The notes beneath the pieces are model-generated. The model was given only the letters and a program-made list of their open reading frames with translations. It made no database searches and was not told the origin of the DNA. A stretch of 64,000 nt of DNA, from assembly GCA_963668315.1 (NCBI GenBank), contig OY764216.1, forward strand, positions 4,128,001 to 4,192,000. Reading direction: 5' to 3'. Made by a program: the position numbers and the translations under genes. This stretch comes from Spirochaetia bacterium. GTDB lineage: Bacteria > Spirochaetota > Spirochaetia > DSM-2461. Numbering within the stretch: the first letter of the stretch is position 1; each line of letters starts with the position of its first letter. Positions 58,562 to 64,000 of this stretch are shown here, in pieces.

Positions 58562-59740
58562 ATGAAGTATGATTTTGACAAACCGGTAAAAAGATTCGGT
58601 ACGGACAGTATGAAATGGGATATCGATGAAAAGGAAATTCCCATGTGGGTCGCCGATATGGATTTCCAGACGGCCCCGGAAATACGGGAAGCCTTCGCCG
58701 AACGGATCGATCACGGTGTTTTCGGATACTCCCTTGTTCCCGACGCCTGGTACGAAGCCTACCGCTCATGGTGGAAAAACCGTCACGCCTTTGACATTGA
58801 CAGGGAGTGGCTTATCTTCACCACGGGAGTGGTTCCCGCCATCTCCAGCGCGGTGCGCAAACTGACCACGGTGGGGGAAAATGTCCTTATCCAGAGTCCG
58901 GTCTATAACATATTCTACAACTCCATCGTCAATAACGGAAGGAATGTACAGGAGTGTCCCCTCACCTACGACGGTTTGAACTACTCCCTTGATTTTGCGG
59001 AACTCGAAAAAAAGCTGAAAGATCCCCAGACCTCTCTTATGATCCTGTGTAATCCCCACAATCCCGTCGGGAAAATATGGGACAGGGAAACCTTAAACAG
59101 AGTGGGAGAGCTGTGCCACGATAACAATGTCGTCGTTCTTTCCGATGAGATTCACTGTGATCTGACCGATCCCGGGAAAGAGTATGTCCCTTTCGCTTCG
59201 GTTTCGGAGAAATGCAGGATGAACAGCGTGACATGCCTGGCTCCGACAAAGGCCTTTAACCTTGCCGGACTGCAGACGGCCGCCGTCATGGTGCCGAACG
59301 ACAGGCTGAGGCATAAAATGTACCGCGCCCTTAATACCGATGAAATCGCCGAACCCAACTCCTTCGCCACCCTGGCGGCGATCACGGCATTTACCAGGGG
59401 AGCGGACTGGCTCGATGAGCTGAGGGAGTATCTCCTTGAGAACAAAAAGCTGGTAAGATCCCATATAAAGAGCCAGCTGCCGCGCATAAAGGTGGTCCCC
59501 TCCGAAGCAACCTATCTTCTCTGGCTGGACTGCCGTGATATTACCGGAGACAGTGAAGCCCTGTACGCGCATATCCGGAAGGAAACGGGACTATACCTGA
59601 CCGATGGAGCCCATTACGGATCCGGCGGAGAGGGCTTCCTGCGCATGAATGTGGCCTGTCCCCGTTCTCTTGTGGAAAAAGCCCTGGTTCTGCTGGATGA
59701 GGGAATAAACAGCTATATCAGACTTCAGGGAAAGGCATAG
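58562..59740 (+). CDS. MalY/PatB family PLP-dependent C-S lyase
   Basis: SMKWD, PMWVADMDF, LCNPHNPVG, SDEIHCDL, APTKAFNLAGL. Confidence 0.92.
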   Translation: MKYDFDKPVKRFGTDSMKWDIDEKEIPMWVADMDFQTAPEIREAFAERIDHGVFGYSLVPDAWYEAYRSWWKNRHAFDIDREWLIFTTGVVPAISSAVRKLTTVGENVLIQSPVYNIFYNSIVNNGRNVQECPLTYDGLNYSLDFAELEKKLKDPQTSLMILCNPHNPVGKIWDRETLNRVGELCHDNNVVVLSDEIHCDLTDPGKEYVPFASVSEKCRMNSVTCLAPTKAFNLAGLQTAAVMVPNDRLRHKMYRALNTDEIAEPNSFATLAAITAFTRGADWLDELREYLLENKKLVRSHIKSQLPRIKVVPSEATYLLWLDCRDITGDSEALYAHIRKETGLYLTDGAHYGSGGEGFLRMNVACPRSLVEKALVLLDEGINSYIRLQGKA

Positions 59741-59896
59741 GGCATGAAGCGGAGCTGATGGTTCCCGGGGAGTGCCCGGCAGGTGTTCCCTCCTCCGGAG
59801 AAATTCAGCGTAACCGCAAACGAAGCTTTTCGTGACACCGAGAAGGGAGAATTGATTGAAAAGGGCGAGAATGATTTTTGGGAGGATAAACGGAAT

Positions 59897-60238
59897 ATGA
59901 CGATAAAAGTGACTTCAAAGGGAAAGACGATCCTGTTCACCCTCAATGACAGCCGGGCGGCTGCAGATCTGTACGATCAGCTTCCCCTGACGATTGGGGT
60001 GGAGAATTTCAGCAGCGATGAGAAAATTTTCTATCCGCCCCGGAAACTCAATACAGCCGAGACTCCCAGGGCCAATGCCAAAGTGGGCACCCTGGCTTAT
60101 TACGCTCCCTGGGGAGACGTGGTCATGTTCTACGGGAATTTCGGTTCCGCCTCGGGGCTTTATGAGCTGGGACAGGCCACTTCGGGCGAACAATTCATTA
60201 AAACCATGTCCGGCGAGATCACCATAGAAAAAGAGTAA
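59897..60238 (+). CDS. Cyclophilin-like fold protein
   Basis: LNDSRAAADLYDQLPL...EKIFY...GTLAYYAPWGDVVMFY; ATG 59897 with GGAGG RBS. Confidence 0.8.
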   Translation: MTIKVTSKGKTILFTLNDSRAAADLYDQLPLTIGVENFSSDEKIFYPPRKLNTAETPRANAKVGTLAYYAPWGDVVMFYGNFGSASGLYELGQATSGEQFIKTMSGEITIEKE

Positions 60239-60286
60239 GATCCTTTCAATTGGAATTCGACTTCCCTATCGTGTATATTTATCTTA

Positions 60287-62074
60287 ATGAAGAGTATCAA
60301 TATCCTATACGACAGGGAAGAAGATCTCTTTCCCGCCAGAGAAGAAGCCTCCTCATACGAACCTGAGAATATACTGATTCAGGTGTTTTACGGGCTTCCC
60401 GGCAATCGTGAGGGAATCATACGCCTTCAGGAAACACTAAGGGACTTCTTCCCCGGGTCTCCCGTCATAGGGGCGACAACTGACGGGGAGATGATAAATG
60501 CCAAAGTAAAAACCTCCTCAATCGTCATCAATATCTCGTTTTTTAAATCTACGACAGTTGCGTCATATCTAATCAGCCAGAACGAGAACCAGGAAAACGC
60601 GGCCGGGGAGATGGCGGCTTTTTTCACCCCCCGCAAGCCGAAGGTCATTATTGTCTTCGGTTCGGGGCTGAAAAATATAAAACTGAGAAACGACGTAGTT
60701 TTTCTTGAAAAGCTTAAGGACATGATGGGAGACGTCATTATCGCCGGCGGTCAGGCGGGAACGGACAACCCCGATGGGGAGTTCTGCCAGTTTAACGAGT
60801 CGACAATCATCAATAACGGTTACGTTGCTGCGGCCCTATCGGGGGAACAGCTCAGGGTCAAAAACGCCTTCTCCCTGGGATGGGAACCTCTCGGAAAGAA
60901 TATGACCATCACCAAAGCGGAGGGAAACAGAGTAGAGAGCATAGACGGCATTTCCCTGGGAGAAATATACGGCCATTATCTGGGAATTGATCCGGAAAAG
61001 TACAGTCCCTATCTTCATTCATTTCCCCTTATGGTGAATAGGAACGGAATTTTTACCACGGTCTCACCCGTTTCGGCCAACGATGACGGCTCCTATGATT
61101 TTGCCCAGCCCCTTCATCCGGGAGAACAGGTCCGGCTCAGCTACAGCGATGAAATTACCCTGATGGAGAGTATGCACGATCTGAAGAACGAAATGGATCG
61201 GTATAAACTGGAATCCCTGTTCATATACTCCTGTTCGGTACGGCGCAGGATTCTGGGAGAATATATTCATTTTGACGAAGAGGCCCTGGCCAGCTGTCAC
61301 TCCTCATCCGGTTTTTTCACCTTTGGCGAGTATTATACCGATCCGAAGGGGCAGCCCCACTCCTTTCAGCAGACCATGACGGTGCTTATGCTCTCGGAAT
61401 CCCCCTCTTTCACCAGGATTACACCGGTCCAGAAGGCAAGGCTATCCTTTGAAGAGCTGAAATCCCGTAAACTTATCGTTCAGAAAGTACTGAAAAATCT
61501 TCTGACCAGTACGACGAAAGAGCTGGAATCCAAACTTGAGGAACTGGCGTCTCTGGCCCACTTCGATCCCATGACGGAACTGGCGAACCGGAGACTGTTC
61601 GATGAAGCCATGGAGAAGGAAATTAAGAGACATGAAAGAAACGGCAGCCCCCTCTCCCTTATCATGCTTGATGTTGACCATTTCAAACTTTTCAACGACA
61701 GTTACGGCCATGTGGCGGGAGATGACTGCCTGAGAGCCATTGCCTTTTCCCTTAAGATTACGGCCAAGAGGCCTTCCGATCTGCCCTTCCGCTACGGGGG
61801 AGAAGAATTCGGCTGTATCCTCCCCCTGACCGACGGAGAAGGCGCCGTAAAAATCGCCGAGAAAATCAAAAAAGAGATTATGCGGCTGAAGATACCGAAC
61901 AAGGGCTCCTCCGCCGGAGACACGGTAACCGCCAGCATAGGCGTCATCACCGTAAGATGCCGCCGCGGAATGACACCCACCCAATTGATTGAGGAGTGTG
62001 ACGCCCTGCTCTATCAAGCGAAAGAGCAGGGACGGAACCGTGTGGTATCGAAAGATCTCTACAAAGAAGAGTGA
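60287..62074 (+). CDS. FIST-domain diguanylate cyclase
   Basis: IGATTDGE, GWEPLG and FIYSC..RR..GFFTFGEY FIST motifs; RPSD I-site and GGEEF. Confidence 0.9.
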   Translation: MKSINILYDREEDLFPAREEASSYEPENILIQVFYGLPGNREGIIRLQETLRDFFPGSPVIGATTDGEMINAKVKTSSIVINISFFKSTTVASYLISQNENQENAAGEMAAFFTPRKPKVIIVFGSGLKNIKLRNDVVFLEKLKDMMGDVIIAGGQAGTDNPDGEFCQFNESTIINNGYVAAALSGEQLRVKNAFSLGWEPLGKNMTITKAEGNRVESIDGISLGEIYGHYLGIDPEKYSPYLHSFPLMVNRNGIFTTVSPVSANDDGSYDFAQPLHPGEQVRLSYSDEITLMESMHDLKNEMDRYKLESLFIYSCSVRRRILGEYIHFDEEALASCHSSSGFFTFGEYYTDPKGQPHSFQQTMTVLMLSESPSFTRITPVQKARLSFEELKSRKLIVQKVLKNLLTSTTKELESKLEELASLAHFDPMTELANRRLFDEAMEKEIKRHERNGSPLSLIMLDVDHFKLFNDSYGHVAGDDCLRAIAFSLKITAKRPSDLPFRYGGEEFGCILPLTDGEGAVKIAEKIKKEIMRLKIPNKGSSAGDTVTASIGVITVRCRRGMTPTQLIEECDALLYQAKEQGRNRVVSKDLYKEE

Positions 62075-62098
62075 TTCCTTCCCTGCCGCCTCCCCTAA

Positions 62099-62461
62099 TC
62101 AGGCCCGCTCTATTTTCACACTAACGGAGCCCTTGGGCCATGCACCGACGGCCGACGGATCGTCGACTCTCCCGATGATATGCTGGGGGTTACTGTCGGA
62201 GGCGGACTCATCTTCGCCGCCGAAGAAGAATGCGATCCAGTCGGCGCCGGGAATATAGGAGATCTCTCCGTCCTTCCAGCCCCTTCCGGCTTCTGAAGCA
62301 ACAGACTCCAGCGGTTCGGGCAGCAGGCCGCAGTAATCCACATGCGCCCTGCTCACACTGACCGTATAGGGCAGTTTGGCAACCATCGATTTTGCGGAAA
62401 CGGAATCATTCAGAGTGGCCATGGTAACATCCGACCCTATGCAGAGTTTTACCTTTGTCAT
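62099..62461 (-). CDS. Cyclophilin-like fold protein
   Basis: LNDSVSAKSMVAKLPY...GEISY..IAFFF...IIGRV, similar to 59897-60238. Confidence 0.7.
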   Translation of the reverse strand: MTKVKLCIGSDVTMATLNDSVSAKSMVAKLPYTVSVSRAHVDYCGLLPEPLESVASEAGRGWKDGEISYIPGADWIAFFFGGEDESASDSNPQHIIGRVDDPSAVGAWPKGSVSVKIERA

Positions 62462-62463
62462 TC

Positions 62464-63246
62464 TTAATTATCCTTTTTGGACATGATTTCGCCCAGGCAG
62501 GTCAAAGCATTCAGGGTTCTGGGAAAGCCGATGTAGGGCATGCACTGGGTGATGGCGGTAATCAGAGTTTCCCCGCTGTTGCCCACGCTCATGTTGACGA
62601 AAATATGGGATTTGACCTGGCTTTCACATCCTCCCAGGGTAATAAGAATACAAAGGGTCAGAAGCTCTCTTGTCGCCAGTTCGAGCCCGCTCCTTGTATA
62701 GATATCCCCGAAACAGTAGGCGGAGAGGTAATTCTGTATATGCTTCAGATTCTCCGGTGCGCTGGCGTGCATCTGATCGATAACATCGCCGAAAATGGAT
62801 TTCTGTACCTTCAGGCCCTCGTCAAAACGGGTTTCCTCGGTTACCGTGGACTGGCTTTCCACGGGAAGGGAAATACCGGCCTTGGAGAAAACATCGTTTG
62901 CCCGGTTTATGGCATTAAGAGTTTTGGGAAAGCCGATGTAGGGGGCGCACTGATAAAGAGCTTCCTTGATTTCAACGGGCGTCACCCCAACATTAAGGGC
63001 GGCGAAGACGTGGGCCGTCAGCTGGTCGAGTGTCTGGCTGGTGGTAAGGACAACCACCGTAATCAGCTCTCTCGTTTTATCGTCCATTTCTCCCTGATAG
63101 GAGACTTCACCGAATATAAAACGGCTCAGGATGTCCTGAAAATCCGGATCGCTTGCTGCGGCAGGGCTCTTGATATCTCCGAACAGCTCGGCAAACTTTT
63201 TCTCGCTTTTCTCTATTCTATTCATTTTAGGCTCCTTTTCTTCCAT
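62464..63246 (-). CDS. Carboxymuconolactone decarboxylase family protein (two CMD domains)
   Basis: Repeated TRELIT/TRELLT and PYIGFPKTLNA/PYIGFPRTLNA. Confidence 0.9.
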   Translation of the reverse strand: MEEKEPKMNRIEKSEKKFAELFGDIKSPAAASDPDFQDILSRFIFGEVSYQGEMDDKTRELITVVVLTTSQTLDQLTAHVFAALNVGVTPVEIKEALYQCAPYIGFPKTLNAINRANDVFSKAGISLPVESQSTVTEETRFDEGLKVQKSIFGDVIDQMHASAPENLKHIQNYLSAYCFGDIYTRSGLELATRELLTLCILITLGGCESQVKSHIFVNMSVGNSGETLITAITQCMPYIGFPRTLNALTCLGEIMSKKDN

Positions 63247-63459
63247 TTATGTATATCTCGTTTGTTTGGAATAGGATGATAACTTCTATCGGGCAGCGTC
63301 TTGATTTACTGCCATAATAAACATAGGACAGACCGGACGAAAATAAAAGATACATTCCCACATATATATTGCCTATTCTTACATATTATACAAAATTTAT
63401 ATGCTTTTTTTCCTTTTTTTATATATAATATTACCTATTCTATTCTCATAGAGGTAAAA

Positions 63460-64000
63460 ATGGATAACAAAATAGATGAAATGAGAAAAATCCTTGAAAA
63501 GAAGCTTCCCGCAGCGGGAATTTTTGATTCGGGAATCAAAGGGGTTGGTCTATTCCGCAGGGACTCCCCATATAAAAAAAGGCCCCAGCTCTATAATCCC
63601 CAGATAATCATCCTGGCCCAGGGGAAGAAAAATATCTATCTCGGCGAAGAGAGCTACGTTTACGACCCCTCCCATTATTATGTACAGACAGTTCCCCTTC
63701 CCGTAGAATGCGAGGCGGTCATGGAAAAGGACAAACCTATTCTGGGCATGGTGATCAGCGTTGATCCCCAGATGATAGGCGAGATTCTGTTCGAAATGGA
63801 GACCGACCCCCCCTCCTCCCGTCAGGTGCGTCCCAGCCTTTACGATGCCCCCCTCACAAACGATATTCTGGAAGCTACCGTCAGGTTCCTGAAAGCTCTC
63901 AATTCGGTGAACGAAAAAAGAGTACTGGGCCCTCTCTACCTCAAGGAAATTCTCTTCAAGATCCTCAGCGGGGAAAACGGGGATATACTGCGTGAGCTGG
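63460..64000 (+). CDS. AraC family regulator (YqhC-like N-terminal domain), truncated by the window edge
   Basis: Manual translation MDNKIDEMRK...LYNPQIIILAQGKKNIYLGEESYVYDPSHYYVQTVPLPVEC; frame open to the window end; GAGGT RBS. Confidence 0.85.
   Translation, partial: MDNKIDEMRKILEKKLPAAGIFDSGIKGVGLFRRDSPYKKRPQLYNPQIIILAQGKKNIYLGEESYVYDPSHYYVQTVPLPVECEAVMEKDKPILGMVISVDPQMIGEILFEMETDPPSSRQVRPSLYDAPLTNDILEATVRFLKALNSVNEKRVLGPLYLKEILFKILSGENGDILREL

Noticed and set aside
59744..59896. ATG AAG CGG AGC TGA in frame with the downstream cyclophilin-fold gene (possible selenocysteine or readthrough)
   Set aside because: The extension resembles no domain or signal peptide, no convincing SECIS was seen, and a strong GGAGG RBS precedes ATG 59897.
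1..64000. CRISPR arrays, tRNA/rRNA genes, integron cassette arrays, prophage or anti-phage defence genes
   Set aside because: No regularly spaced repeats, cloverleaf or rRNA-like sequence, integrase or such protein motifs were seen by eye; tRNAscan, Infernal and DefenseFinder would be needed to exclude them formally.

Overview
Bacterial window of moderately high GC, most likely from a free-living Spirochaetales genome. This is inferred from the spirochaete-style signal peptides on the binding proteins and a treponemal-type beta-barrel candidate. No rRNA, tRNA or CRISPR array was seen. It falls into three blocks. (1) 1-10.4 kb: a branched-chain amino acid ABC system with IclR, an MCP, a diguanylate cyclase, and an OmpR-type two-component system with a DUF318 permease and an exported DUF362 protein. 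(2) 10.4-36.4 kb: a carbohydrate-utilisation island bounded by two paralogous GH78 alpha-L-rhamnosidases. It holds two sugar ABC systems, two LacI regulators with visible operators, a YesM/YesN-type system, a sulfatase, an esterase, a putative porin and an IS1-like transposase gene. (3) 36.5-64 kb: a redox/electrophile-stress-type island with LysR, MerR and AraC regulators, flavodoxins (two exported), DUF4405, an aldo-keto reductase, CMD and cyclophilin-fold proteins, DUF3737-MalY and an Ntn-hydrolase/acyl-ligase/ABC operon. The most notable non-coding signals are a 257-bp element of two back-to-back covarying structured repeats flanked by an 8-bp direct repeat (46670-46926), five MerR operators, four 20-bp-period activator boxes that tie the porin and esterase to the rhamnosidase locus, and two matching LysR promoter modules. 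All product calls come from motif recognition, not database searches.
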